This document shows, piece by piece, positions 1 to 14,789 of a stretch of 64,000 nt of DNA. Source of the DNA: Octopus vulgaris (Eukaryota); contig OX597817.1 of NCBI GenBank assembly GCA_951406725.2, positions 126,294,001 through 126,358,000 on the forward strand, read 5' to 3'. Within the stretch, counting starts at the first letter, position 1. Each line of letters starts with the position of its first letter. A program made the position numbers and the translations under genes. Under the pieces are notes generated by a model, which did no database searches, had not been told where the DNA came from, and was given only the letters and a program-made list of their open reading frames with translations.

Positions 1-2787
1 ACAAATTATTTGTATAATATCCCATAGGTACTATATGCATCCTAGCAGTGTACTGTTTATAGCAGGATCCATAGACATAATCATATATGAATATATTATA
101 AAATAGCTCCAGATGTGCACATTAACAGAAAAGTGAATGTTTCGAAAAAATAGTCATGCATACTCGATTTCTGATTTACGATATGTATTGACTATTTTAA
201 TCTATTTAGAATTTTTACGAAATTCTAGTGTGATGATTATAGAGTAACAAATAAGCATGAGATTATAGTTAAATATATAGAGACTTATTAGCCTAAAATA
301 TTGCAATAATTTTATCTGACAAAATTTCAGTACAACTTTTATGAGGCATAACTTTATATTAAATTTTAAGTGATTTGTTTTGCAATCAGAGGCAAATGTG
401 TCGACTAACGGTCTTCGAAATTCTATAATTTATATAATCGAAATAAAGTCGAAAATAAATGTGGTGAACATTGAAGAATTTACCTAGAACATAAAGTGCA
501 CAAAATACCTCAAAATAAGTTCAAATGTTACAGAGTAAACCGCAATTAAAATTATACGGTTTGTCGATTTACGAAGATTCACTATATGTATAAAGCGCCA
601 GGTTGTAATGTATCCATGGCCAGAACGCTAAAAGTGTTTCAAGTGCTGTGGTAAAAACAACCTACATAAACCGATCTCTATTCAAAAAGTGGCAGCAACA
701 GAGGTTGTTGGCTTGGTGCAAGGAAACGTATGTCTGGTGCCCATAGTATTTGTCCGGAGTTTTGTTTCTAAAGCGAGCAACCTAGCTATAGCTTTCAGAA
801 AACAAGTTACAAATACTGGGCGTGATATATTTTAATTTCTGTGTAAACTCCCACAGTATATGAAGGTTTTGGTGTCCATGGCTGGTGAAGTTGTTTGCTA
901 AATATGTTTTCTCAGAGACACATTTGCTTAGGTTGGTTGCAGGGTGTCCACTTTTCTATGAAGTCTTCCGGAAAATATTGAACCCTATCCATCTTAAATA
1001 ATCCAAACTGATATTTACTGTCCATCTCACAGATTATAAATTTGCTGCTCTTAAATGTTATGTTACTAATGTTCGAGAAATATATTTCTAAATTTTGTTG
1101 TACTAGATGTTGAATGAAATCGAAACCAATTCATGAGTATGAAATACAGAAGATAAAGCAGTTTAAATGTAATGTATTTAATGACATTGAACTAGTCATG
1201 TCACCATCGATCTTACAAGGCCAAAGAATTCTCAGACATAACGAATTCTTTCAAATCATATCAGTATTTCACTGGTTGAAAACATGTTTCAAGCAGTTAT
1301 ACATAAGTAAAAGATAGTTTGGTAATGGCGAGGCGTTCTTTGTCTGCTCAATCCTTGATAATATGATTATTTTTGCTGTTTACCGTAGTCAATGACCAAT
1401 GATAAGTTTTGGCTTTATTCCACGGAAAGTTCCTGTTTTTAATGATATAACTCACCAATTCCTGCTCAACCTTATGTAAAAATACACTATAGATATTGCT
1501 CTAGAACCCCCACCCTCCATAAGTTGGCACTGCACTACAGATTTTAATTATTTTATTATGAGAATGAGAGGAGAGTTCAGCATTCAATACTTCACGATTA
1601 TCTGAAAAAATTTTTAGATATCTAAAGAATACACTTATTACTTATACAATACTAATTGCTTTTCATTCCTGCGCAAGGTGATATATGAAACCAAAATGTA
1701 AACATTGGAAATTTTGGGTTCTCTGAAAATTGTTACGGCTCATATGTTGAAGTGGTGAAAGAATATATTCTTAGTAATGACAAATATATTGGACTCCAAT
1801 AGGATTTACACTTTACAACAAAGAAATAAACGAGTGAAGATACTAGTTCAATAACGTATCTTCAATTGAATATTATTATATCATGTTGGGACAATTCAAA
1901 TTCTATTCATATTTAATAACTATAATGTTTTTAAAATATTATCTGCAGAGCCACTTGTGTATAAAATTTTAGATAATATTTGCTGCTTCAAGTCGAAAGT
2001 AATTTTTAAATACTAATCATGTAATTGATGGTAGTTACAATTATTTAGTTACAATTATATATCAGGACGAGTGAGGAAAATGCCAGTTGCTGCAATTATG
2101 AATTACCAATAACAGCATCTACAGGAGTTGAAACAAACGACTAAACTAAATTGGTATGATAACAAGACGTCTACGACTCTTACAACACTTAAGTGTGAAC
2201 GAGTCTCTCATAAAGCATGTAACACTTCCAATGTATATGCTGATTAGTCTTAAATTGAATTATTTGTGGAATGCATAGTACCAATGATAATTAATTCGGA
2301 GTGATTCAAATTTAGCATATACGATGACAAAATCACTGAGAGTTGTGACAGTGAAATGTCACACAATATCCCTAAGCACTTCAGCAAACTTTTGCGATCA
2401 TTATATTATTCCTTATTGAACAGAGTCCATCAGAATACTATATACAATAAGTTCATCATCAGTGTCATCGTCATTATTATTATGATCATCATTATACATA
2501 TAGTTGAAAGTTTTAGAAAAAACAAAAACAAAAGAATAGGACAAATGCATAAACAACAAGCACGTGTATTAGTTACACGTTCTGGGAAAATGAAAAATGT
2601 CTTTTAAGTTCAAGCCTACGCTCTTCAAGAAGAAATGAACAAAGGAAGAGTGAAAAAAACGTGTAGAGTTCAGCGGTCAAACAAGGCAGTGGATTACAAA
2701 AAATAGGTTGAAAGTAAGAGCGATAATAATGAGAACAGCAGGTTGAATGAAAGGGAGATAATAGTGCTAGTGATCCCAAGAAGAGAA

Positions 2788-3235
2788 GGTGTGCGTGCGT
2801 ATCTATGTGAGAATAGTGCGTGAGTGTGTGTGCATGTGCGAATAGGGGCGAGTGAATCTGACGTGTGTGAGAGTGTGCGCGTGCAATGTGTGTGTATGTG
2901 TGTGTTGTGTGCAGCAGTTCATGTATGCTTTTTCACATGATGTGTGCGCACGTGAATTTGTTATGAGCAAACGGTGTACTTGTGTACGATGTATGTATGT
3001 TAGCGAATGTCATCTTTTTCTATGTATGTATACATTGTCTCTGTTCAGGTATTATGTGCTTGTGTCAGGTGCAAGAGTGCATGATGATGTGTGGTTTGTG
3101 TACTGAGTGAAAACGTGTGTGTGACTCTCATATAGTGGTATATGTGGTGACGGTATTGGTGCTTGTGTGTATGTGGATGATGTGTTGTGTTAGTGCTGAG
3201 AAGTGGTCAGTTCTAGTGTATGAGGTGAGTTGAGT
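2788..3235. repeat. Degenerate (TG)-rich low-complexity tract
   Basis: Interrupted tgtg/gtgc runs throughout; overlapping ORFs are C/V-rich artefacts. Confidence 0.7.
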
Positions 3236-6200
3236 CAATGTGGCACAAAGGAGCGAAGAGAGAAAATATACTTCTGTCCACGGCGATGGCGGGAATCCGA
3301 ATGCACACTGTGCAAACATAGTCCGAACAAAGATGTAATTAATGAGACGTAGAGCAGCGGAAATAGCGTGACACCGACTTATAGCCGTGTCTGATGTCTC
3401 ATATCTGAGTATGTATATACAATATAATTCATTTAACGCTCAGTGAATATGGGTACATTCGATAATATGCTTATTTGAATTGTACTTAGCAGCAATGTTT
3501 TTTCTTTGGCATTCGAATGTAGTTTTCCTCTTTATCTTCAACATACGTTTGTCAATTTCCTTTCAATATATAATAAAAAGGTGTTTGCTTTGTGGGGTGT
3601 TTTCTCGTAAGTGTACGGGATTGAAGGATGAAGTATAAACCATATCCCACTGAATGCAAGTATATCAAATTAAATGCTGCGTTTGTCATCATATTTATTG
3701 ATGTAAAGGCATTAGCATTGTCACGCACTACTATTGAGAGGACGTAACGTTTTAATGCGCATGGTGATTTGGAGAGTTTGGCAAAGGATTTCAAGAATAT
3801 CAATAAATGCACCCCAATAACTACCACTTATAAGTCAGTGGTTTGTGACTCATCATTGATTGCTTTACAAATACAAACCTGTCGAACTGAGCATCAAGTT
3901 ATATCTATGTAATTTCATGATATCTCTTATCATCCGAGACTTACATCGCAGATCTAGCAAAAATGAGAGCTTTTCTTAGTTTGGTAATATTCAACATTTT
4001 CGGAATCACCACCGACTCCTCTAAAAAATAAGGTATTCGATTTTTCATTTACGTATAACCCATCAATTTTTATACATTTTCTTACTTGATCAAAACTGCC
4101 TAAGATTTTCTGTATTTTCTCCAGATCTTCCCCTACAAAATATATTTTTCCTCTTTATTAATGATTTTTAGTCTCCTTCCTCGAATGCATTGTTTCGCGT
4201 AATTTAGTTCCTTCTCTCCCTTCGGTCGTTCGTCTCATTTCCATTTTGTTACTCTACCAAGTCATGTTTGAAATTCGCAAAAATGATTTTGGCAGAAACG
4301 ACCGAAACATTCGTAGTGACAGGAACGTGAATTACTTAAAACTTTCGTAATTTATTTATTTATTCATTCATTTTTACTTACTTGTAGCACTGGTTATCAA
4401 GAAATTTCCTAAATCCATCCGTTTAATTAAATTATTTCCCTCACAGTACATAAATTATGATTTATAAAACTAAGTTACTCGTATTTTTGTCTTGTTTCTG
4501 TGACGTTGTCAACAAAAATTCATAGAATTTTAGCAGTTTCAAAAAAGTATTCGAAATGTATTAAATTCATTCTACTTTAAATGGAATTAATGGCATCTGA
4601 GAAACTGAAAGTAATTTCAGTTCATAATTGGCCAATGTGTTGAGCACACAACACACCATGGATATTTTTAAATGCAAAATTAATTTTGTATGTAACATAT
4701 TCAGGGGCTCGAAACATAAAAAGACACAAAAATAGTAGTCCAAATGAATAGCAGCAAACGTAGTAGGCAAAAATAGTAGTTAATGTTTTTTTTTTTGGCT
4801 TCTAGCGGCTTTTATTAATTTCTTAAATGCTACATTAACTTCACATCAAGTTACGTATAAATATTTGCGAATAATATTGCAAGGCCAATACTTCATTGAA
4901 CTTTCAAGAATTTTTAAAGATGAATATAAATTCATATGAAATAAGTAAGCACATTAGAAGAGATAGAAATAGGTTTCACCTTGAGACATGACTACGGGAG
5001 AATTTCAGCTCAACACTGCAAACCAATAAACCTCTTCGAAGAGCGGCGGAGAAGATTATCAATTGGTACCTGACTTTGATGCAAAATATAAGCATTTTAG
5101 CCTGTTTGTTGGAAGATCCTCAGGGACATTTATGGAAAGATCTTAAGGATGACATCATCCTATGAACACGTCTAGTGTTCGGGCAGATTTCTAGTAATTT
5201 CAGCTGTCTGTAATTTTACAAAGGCAGAGCCAAATAAATGCACCATATACTGTAGATGGTTGTGCTTTTTAAGATAGAGTAAGCAGCCGATACATGTATT
5301 ACAATCAACAAATTTGCTATATATTCTGAAGAATTATTAGCATTATTTCTACTCCTTCTGTACATCGTAGTAAAGATAATTCGTGTCTAATTTAGTAGCA
5401 ATGTAATTACATGACATTGTATTTTCTGGTGTCGCGATTGTTAGATTACATTATTCAATGAAATATCTCTCTCCTGTGACTGTTACAAAATGTGCTTGTA
5501 ATAAATACCAGCAGCTTTAACCTCTTTTCAATTAATCGTGCCAGTTCTCAACGTTTGATATATTCTCTAAGTACTAACCTTACTTTCGTTAACTGTGATG
5601 GAGTGGTTTCTTTCATAGAATTTATTTCATTATCATCAATTCTGTAAGCAACGCTAGTTATTCTAACCTTCAATAATCTGATTAATTCGTATCTATTGGT
5701 GCCAAATCTATATCAATTTCTATGAACAGATAAAAGGATTGACTATCTCTTAGAATCAGAAAAGTCACATGCAAACTGCAAGAAATCCGTTGTAGCTCAT
5801 ATGTGGCCTGCAAGTGATTGGATAGATTGTACACTTGACAGGAAGGAAATTTATATAGACAAAATCAGATCGACAAAGACAAGTTTTATTGTGTTTTATA
5901 TGTAAGCTAATAAATATTCTACATCTTATTCTGAATTCACATACCTCAGTAACTCTATTGCATATTGGTGTTCTTACAACCAGGCGTTTGCTTAAAAGCA
6001 TAAAGTCAAGCAGATTGCTTTCCCAAGAAAAACAGCATGACAGCTATTATTTCCAATACCCAAGATATTAGAATGATATTTGAAATTCGATTTTTACAGA
6101 CATTGTCAATTAATCATCCACTATATATCCAATCGACATGTTTGTTGACTTCTCTGTAATATGTATGAAATTAAAATTTCATAACAGAATATATTGAGGC

Positions 6201-7443
6201 ACTTGTGTTTTACATAAGACCGTATTTATAGGATAGAAATATATAAGAAGAAATTTGAATGTGTTTGGACATATGATTCTTAACGATATAAAAATATGTT
6301 TCGAATTCTATTACTAAAATTGTCTTCCATCAAAGCAATACTTTCCCCGGTGTTTCATTACAATGCTTTATGTACAACAGAAAATAAAAAATTAGCAATT
6401 TTCCTACCTCTCCTTCAGTATTACTTGTCTCAGAAAAGACTGACAGACATGCACCATAATATACCGTGTTTCTGAGACAATTGTGTTGGCTTGTGGGAAT
6501 TTAAATGTTAGTCCATGTCTGACTTGCTGAGGAAAATTAATAGTTTTAGGAAAAATATAACACTTCTAACCTCAACGCACATTTCTGTTCTTAGTAACCA
6601 ATTTAGTGATGATTTCACTAGCTCATGAGAACATATAAATCTACAACCTGTCTAGCTCTTACATTTAGCACAAGATGTACAACTGGGTAAAAAGAAAATA
6701 TTACTCTCTGTGAAACTTGTCAGTATTTCATTGTTCAATGCTGTTCTTTGAAATGTCATTCTCCTGCTTGTTAGTTCCAAAATGTAAACAGAGCTAAAAA
6801 TAATTGTAATTGTAATCAAATATTTAGGTAATATCAATTTCTAACTCAATGTGAGGAGGAAGTATTGTAGAATTTAATTTGCAACAAGTAATATAAAATT
6901 TAATTCGTACCCTCCTCAATCTATCTTGGAATGGTTTAGTTACATTTAATTTGTTCCGAATGAAATTCTAATGATGCGATATACTTGCTTTCGAACGCTT
7001 GTTACATTTTACTGAGCAAAATCAAGGACACATTTGATGATTTAATCGGATTAAATTGTAATTCAGTAGTTTCTTCCAAAAAGAAATAGCTGTTAGTTTT
7101 TATTTATCCATGACGTTTGTGAAACAACTGCGCTTGGTAATTAAAAACTTCATGTCTTTCATTTCGCTTCAAAATCGTTCATTTTATCATTCCAAATGAT
7201 ACACATTTTTTTATCAAACTGATAAGTAACAAAAGAATTTGAAACAGAAGCCAGAGAATACAAGACAAATAAGTAACATAGCACGGATACAACGATTCCT
7301 TTAAAACTTACAAATTCCATTTTCAACTAATTTTTTACAGATACAGTTATAAGAAGCAGTAATAATCATATTGAATAAAGAGACTTAAAAGTATTTTGTG
7401 CCAAGAAACTTAAATTTTAGAAGAGGTTTATCTTTGAAAATAT

Positions 7444-7650
7444 AAATTTTGGTTCAAGGTCAGAAATTTCGGGGAATGGGAAATACTACTACATTGGCAC
7501 CTGGACTTGAGTGGTACATACTTTATCGACCTCGAAATATGAAAGGCAAAGCCGACTTCAGCAGAATTTGAACTCAGAACGTAAAGATGGACGAAATACT
7601 GCTAAGCATTTTGCTAGGCGTACTAAGGATTCACCCAATTCGCCGCCTTA
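7444..7650 (-). mobile_element. tRNA-derived SINE, family A (octopus-type), diverged
   Basis: Reverse complement aligns by eye with the copies at 51646-51864 and 63904-64000 (aaggcggcga...gttctgagttcaaatt...ctttgcctttcat...gtcgataaa); B-box-like GAGTTCAAATT. Confidence 0.85.
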
Positions 7651-8107
7651 ACTCGTAAAACAAACGTTGAAATCTACCTTTTGGAATGCCAAGAAAAGTG
7701 GGTTATGCGAGGAATGCAGGTGCTATACATTAGATATCTCTCACGTCTCTAATTGGAAATGTGTGCTACATGTTAAGCAATTGACACAATGTGTTGTATA
7801 AAAGACACAACGAAAAACAATGTGAATTATTTTTCTGTGATATTTAGGTTCTAATCAGATGTGAATCTTCATTATGGATATATTTTCTTCTTGGTGTAAA
7901 AATTGAAACACAAAAGATATATCTTTTTATCTAGTAAAAACATAATCAGAGTGGTGACAATCTTATTCGTATGAATTATTCACCATTATCGTTTCTGATT
8001 TATATTTAACTCTCCTTGAATCGTTTTTCGCTCAACACACATAATGCATCAAATATTATAAGAGATGGTGAGTAGCACTACTTCAAATAATACCATTACG
8101 CTCATGT

Positions 8108-8166
<59 letters not shown>

Positions 8167-9118
8167 ACAAAATACAAGTATACGACAGGTCAAACTTTTA
8201 CCATAAAATATGACTTCACCTGTGCTTCGAAGAATTTAATCTATGTTCTTAAATGTGGAAGTTGTAGTAGTGACTATATTGGTCAAACTAGCTTAACTTT
8301 GAGGGATAGACTTACGGTGCATAGGCAACAAATCTGGGACCACACCACTAGGAAATTTCCAGTAAGCAAGCACGTAGACCAATGCCCCGAAGACATAAAA
8401 CCTAAATACCAAATCTTCCCTCTCTATCAATGCAATGGTGACACTTCAACCCAATAACGAAAACATACTGACTAAACCATAGCTGAATATCCTTTAGATA
8501 GAAGAAAAAGCAGTCAGAAGAAAAGAAAAAAGGCTCAATTCCAACACAAAAACAACCAGGCACAATATTTTTTTTTTAACTTTAGTAACAATCTTCAACC
8601 TGGGTTCCGAAACCGCAACTCCAAATCACCATACAAGCACTAATTGCCGATGTCACCCACCTCCAGTCCAATGAAATTCTACAGACACAAGTTCTTGACG
8701 TCATCTAACTCCTGACCAATCAAAACTGAACTTCAGCGAATACAGCGAAAATGACCCGTGAAGAGAACCAACCAACCGGAATGACCGTATCCACAAGGAG
8801 ACCAACCAAGCAGAACGACAGGCTTGACCACGGAAAAGAAACGTCACCAGTATGTTAACGAATCAAAAATCAGATCCGCTCGCGGAAAAACAAAATTATA
8901 AATTCATCTGATCCCTAAACATGCCACTACAAACGAAAGCGTCAATTGGAAGCGGATCAGAGAAACTGCAAACCAAATACCCATTTCTTTTTACTATTTT
9001 CATTTCACTCTTGTTTTATTTTCAGCATGACTTATCGACCGCCACTAAAATTAATGAACTTTGTACATTCGAACAAATTGATATTCATTGCTATGAACAT
9101 TCAAAGTTACACCTGTTT

Positions 9119-9222
9119 TGAACATGTTAATTTATCAACATTGAAACATTTTAATCTATTAACATTGAAACATTTTAGTTTGTCAACACTGAAACATTTT
9201 AATTTGTCAACATTGAAACTTT
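9119..9222. repeat. 24-bp minisatellite, about 4.4 copies
   Basis: Unit ttgaaacattttaatttgtcaaca repeated with variants. Confidence 0.85.
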
Positions 9223-9251
9223 TAGAGATATTTTTTCTAATTTTAAACTTT

Positions 9252-9292
9252 TACCATTGATAGAGAAAAATATTGTTGAAACTAGTTTGGTA
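9252..9292 (+). ncRNA. Degenerate minimal hammerhead-like motif in PLE terminus
   Basis: tacca-TTGATAG..-GAA-ACTAGT-T-tggta: 5-bp stem I and palindromic stem III; core and stem II degenerate. Confidence 0.45.
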
Positions 9293-9359
9293 TGTATGTA
9301 AATAAATGTATTTTAAACATTTACGAGTTTTTGAAATTTAGGTGCATTTTCAACAACAT

Positions 9360-9468
<109 letters not shown>

Positions 9469-9942
9469 TGCAAACATACACATGCATGTATTATACATAT
9501 TAACATTTTAAGACGTTTTACATGTGTAAATTTATTTATGACAAAAGAAAGTCGTTCAAAATTTTATTAGTAATTATAGAAAACAATTAACTATTTTTAT
9601 CAAAAAGTTGATACTTCCCGTTCCAGTGAAGTAAGAAGACAATTTTGTCATGTTGAAAATCAATCGAATCTTCAAAAACTCTTACCATGTTAGAGTAAAG
9701 AAATCTAATTTATTCAATTAAAATTTCATCTTTACTTTTTAAGTCATTAGAAACATAGCCCTATTTTGCTAGATAGGAAAATAACTTCACTTATCCATAT
9801 TAATATTATCAACACATTTTCCCTATGTTTTTAATGTATGTGCGTGTGTGAGTGTGTGTGTGTTTATGTGTGTGCATATATGTACGCAAATCTACGAATA
9901 ATTATAAATTCATAAATATACAAGTACACACACGTGCATATA

Positions 9943-10123
9943 CTACGGAGACTGAGATGTTCCTGGCTTTAAGCGTTCTTTTAAAGGGTTTAGAAAAAAC
10001 GAAGTTCCGCTGGTAAAATTGTGTCAGTCCGAGAAGAGAATGTGTTACATAAAGCCATAATCACCTGATTAACCTTTAGTTTCGTTTATCCTCCCAAAAT
10101 GAAATTTTTCAGCTTTCACCGTA
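9943..10123 (+). mobile_element. Short mariner-derived non-autonomous element, diverged
   Basis: Similar to 53221-53447 (gttcttttaaag...tgtgt.a.tc.gaga.gaga.tat); degenerate tac../..gta ends. Confidence 0.55.
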
Positions 10124-11087
10124 AATATATATATATATATATACCTACACATACATTTATGCATTTATGCATACAAGCATACACGTACACATACCTACAG
10201 ACATCCATCCAACCCACCCTCACACGCACGCACACACACATATTAACATATATATATATATATATGTGTCCGGATGAAATGGTCTGTTGTATCATTCAAT
10301 ATAAGAATTTCACCAAAAATATCTTCGCAGCGATTGAAAGTGTTAAGTTTATTGTTATGTATACGTGTAAGTTTTATGTTTTAAGGGCATTAAAATATGT
10401 TAATGAATGTAGCATATCCAGAAACATTAAACATGAATTAAGGTACGATATTTTTAAAGAGTGTTATGCTATTTGGTTATAAAATTATCCGCTTTATGTA
10501 AATATTGAAATAAATAACAAACATCGTAGAAGAACTGCATTTTATATGAATACAAATCAAATAGTCTATGACAAGACCTAAGGGCTAGGAAAAAATCATT
10601 GCAATAATGAAGACAGCAAAAGCAGTTCCATAAAGAAATTGGGTTAAGTAGCACAGATTGGGGCAATATTTGTATCTCAGAGGTGATAAAAAGAACAGAT
10701 ATTTGAGTGAAGTCTTTCATTAATGCGCGGATGGAAATATTGTGTTGAATACTGCACTTAATGTAGTACAAATGATGCAGACTTCAGTACACTTCAAATC
10801 ATAGACATATAGTATTTATGCAACATAGACTATATGTGTGCGTGTATTGTATATGTACATGAAAGTGCGTACATTTCATTCTTCCTTTTCCTTTCTTCCC
10901 TCTTCCTTCTTTATGTCTCTCGGTCTCTCTCTCTCTATGTATATATATATATATATGTGTGTGTGTATGTGTGTGTGTATACATATGCAAGTAGATAGAT
11001 ATTTGTATGTCTGTGTGAATGCATGTACATACAGATATATTTGCACACACATATATAATGGCCAATATATGTATACACATATTTTAC

Positions 11088-11303
11088 AGAAGAAGAAGAA
11101 AAAAGAAGAAGAAGAAGAAGAAGAAGCAGAAGAAGAAGGAAGAAGAAGAAGAAGAAGAAGAAGAAGAAGAAGAAAAAGAAGAAGAAGAAGAAGAAGAAGA
11201 AGGAAGAAGAAGAAGAAGAAGAAGAAGAAGAAGAAGAAGAAGAAGAAGAAGAAGAAGAAGAAGAAGAAGAAGAAGAAGAAGAAGAAGAAGAAGAAGAAGA
11301 AGA
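11088..11303. repeat. (GAA)n microsatellite
   Basis: Direct reading. Confidence 0.97.
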
Positions 11304-12712
11304 TCATCATCATCCACGGAAAGGTTACTTGGAATCTGGCCACAATTTTTTTAGCAATTCCTCATACAACGTGGGAAGCATGAAAAATGCATTTGCTCTA
11401 AGCTAATTCTATTATTGTTGGTGAATAGTAAATGAATAATACTTGATATTTATGAATACAAAATCATGATTTATTCTAATTCATTCACCAGGATTTTTTT
11501 TCCATTATTTCTTTTTACATATGTAATTGTGTAAGGAAAAATAATAGGATTTGGTTTAAGGTTTGATGATTACAATACAAGTTATGAATTTTTTTAAAGT
11601 ATAATACCATTTAATACTAACATCGAACGAAACCATTTAATATTAACATCGAACGAAAGCTGAGTAAATGTTCGCCCATAATATATTAAACACAATAGTA
11701 TTAGAAATAAACTATGAATATGATTCATTGTTGATACTTTGGAAAGGACTAAATCCTCGTCGTTTTGCTCTCCATCGCGAAATGAATAAGAAGAGTGATA
11801 TTTCAAGCTAGTTGAATGGATTTGGAATGCATTTTGCCAAATATCATGTTGAGACAGATTTTTATGCTTTCAAGTCGCAAGCAGAACAATGTCTAATTAT
11901 ATATTTAAGCTAATATATGATTTACTTATCATAATGACAATATAACTATCTATTAATGAGCATCTATGATATATTGGTGCAACGCTAAGTTTTTGCTAGA
12001 TATTTTACATTGGTCAGCCCAAATATTTAGATCATTGTATATATGATATGTCGATATAATTACTGGGTTCTAGCGTAAAAATATTCTTCCTAGATAGTCA
12101 AAATTACCAATTCACATGTTTTGAAGAGAGTCTGGAAGTTATGGTTATTTTAAGGAGAGCGTACATATGATATATCTTGCGAGACAACTGAATAAGCCAT
12201 ACGGATCAAATCTGTCCCTACTGACAAAGTTCTAGATATGTGGAAGGAATAATGATAGTGGAACACGGAGGCTTGATAGAATTATAACGACAAAGAGATA
12301 GGCCAGTTACTAAGGCTGGAAGATTGAGGACAGGAGAGAGTAGCTATATGAGAAGCAAAACTTATAAGTATAATTTGCAAGGGAGAGAATGAGGGATGGT
12401 TTGCTACATTACCACTAGATTTTCATTTTAGCTAAGCTATGGTAGCCATATATCGCCTCTAGAGCAAGAACTGTAATCCTGTCTCTCTATGATAAATTAC
12501 TTTCTCAAAACCTGGTGTTACTGGCCTCCCAGTTCAATGGACGACCTCCCAATTGTTCGTCTTGCCTTGAGGTAGTTAGTTACCTCACTAGTGCCGGTTG
12601 CAGCAAAATTATTCGATCACAATCGTACTTAGTGTTGTCTATCCGTTTATCTCTACATATATTTGCGCGTGTGCATGTATGTGTGTGTGTGTGTATGTAC
12701 GTATGCATATTT

Positions 12713-12878
12713 ATATATGTGTGTATATTAGCATGGGGCGTGAAAACGTGTTACAAATTTGGAATTCCACTGTCCACCTACGAAAATGTTCGAAATCTAT
12801 TTGGTTTGTCCAGATCATGGTCAACGACACTCAGAAGTGGTCATCATTATCTCTATAGTCGCAAATGTAAAGGATGGA
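12713..12878 (+). repeat. Diverged direct repeat, copy 1 (copy 2 at about 14790-14953)
   Basis: tagcatggggcgtgaaaacgtgttaca...aaatgtaaaggat versus tagcttggggctcgaaaaattgttaca...aaatgcaaaggat, collinear. Confidence 0.85.
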
Positions 12879-12902
12879 ACCTGTCTATCCGTCCTTCTGT
12901 CG

Positions 12903-12928
12903 ATCTATCTATCTGCCTATCTATCTAA

Positions 12929-12992
<64 letters not shown>
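12903..12992. repeat. (TATC)n microsatellite
   Basis: Direct reading. Confidence 0.95.
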
Positions 12993-13612
12993 AGATTTAC
13001 CTATATGTTTCTGTATATAAGATACATATATATATATATATATATACGCTACTGTAGATATACAAGTACAGTTTATAAGCATAAATCCAACTCACAAGTG
13101 GGTCTATTGTATAGCTTAGGTATAAAAAGTAGACACAAAAGCTCTTTCGATATCATGATATACGACCCATCATATAGTAAAATTTTAAACTGGTACAATT
13201 TTAACCGGGTAAGACTTAAAGATCAGCCCGGACGTAGCAATCATTACCTGGGCAAATGATGTATTTAAGATTTACATTCGAATACACCGAAGAATTAGTT
13301 GTGGCTTTAAACAGCGAAACAAGAAACGAAGATATCCAATCCAAATACACATATCTAAACTAGTTTATGGTCTAACACTGACATAGAAGAATCAGAGGCA
13401 TCATCAGTCATCGCGGTCCCAGTAGTTGTTGTAAAAAAAATGATGGAAAACTTAGCAGATTTATTCTCAGTTAAAAGATTCCCTTTAAGAAATCCACCGA
13501 TCACTAACGCATAAGGCGAAACAATCGCTAAACTTCAATTTTCCTATTCGTACACACACAGCAATATAACATATAAAATGCCGTAAACATATGTATATGT
13601 GTATAAATATAA

Positions 13613-13667
<55 letters not shown>

Positions 13668-14789
13668 ATATATATATATATATATATATGCATACATACA
13701 CACACACATATATATATATAATATAAATATACACACATGTGTACATACATATGCACACACCTACACACACACACACATATATACATATATATATACATTT
13801 ATATCCATATATGCACATGTACACATACATATACAATTATAGATATACATATATATTTAGAGATACGAACAAATCGTTATTGAAATATAAATAAAAGGAT
13901 TATAAGGAATGTTATCGTAAGTTCAATGGATTGTTAAGGTCAATAACTTAACATTTTAGGATCTACAATAATTTCGTCCTGCAAAATCTTCACCCATACC
14001 TATCACCAGTAAAATGTAAGCCGTGCTTGATTATGATGTGAGTAATATTACAATTCACAAAATTTTTCATCGACTGACGTAAATTTAGCTTTATCTCATC
14101 TTCGAAAAGTATGAAATGTTTATACACATTGCACCCAAAGCTATATCTAGTTGCACCTATATATATAAATGTATGATTACTTCGGATATCAAATACATAG
14201 ATGATATTTTTAATGAAATATACATTATTATGAAGGCATGAAATTACATTTCTACAATTACAAGACACAATAATTAGAGGGACGTGCATATTGCAGGTGT
14301 TAGTAATATGAATATTAATCTATTGCTCATATGCAATAAGAGGAGAGTAACATTAATCGTTATATCCATTATAACAGCTTACATTACATTAGATGCAGGA
14401 TTAAATAGCTATCAGTGAGTTTGTCCATATATCAGATAGTACTGCTATTGCTGGGGGTAATTATCAATACAAATACATGAATAGCTAATATTAACATTTA
14501 TGTGTTTATGATATTATAAATGCCATCGCCATTCATATTAAGATTATAGCAATCGCTAGTGGAGTGGAATCCATCATGATTCAAGAAAATGTTAAACTCT
14601 CTGCCTTACTGCGAGCTTTAGCATTTTTTTGTTGTGATGAAACTATTCGAGAAATATTTTATAGTTTATTCTATGACCTCTCTTCACTTGTAGTCCTTTA
14701 TTGTTTCTATTTTAATAAATGCATTTATCTATTTCTTTACATATACTTGCTCGCGCATACATGTGTGCATGTGTACGTATCCATATATA

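Noticed and set aside
580-1000. Possible ancient LINE remnant or exon
   Set aside because: Only vague RTE-like words on the minus strand with many stops; not supportable
6524-6563. CTGAGGA...GAAA hammerhead
   Set aside because: No stem I or plausible stem II loop
9119-9222. CRISPR-like array
   Set aside because: Units are contiguous with no spacers, the context is eukaryotic and there are no cas genes
10838-11383. 181-aa ORF with poly-E/R/K
   Set aside because: Translation of (GAA)n and TG/TA repeats; open in several frames on both strands
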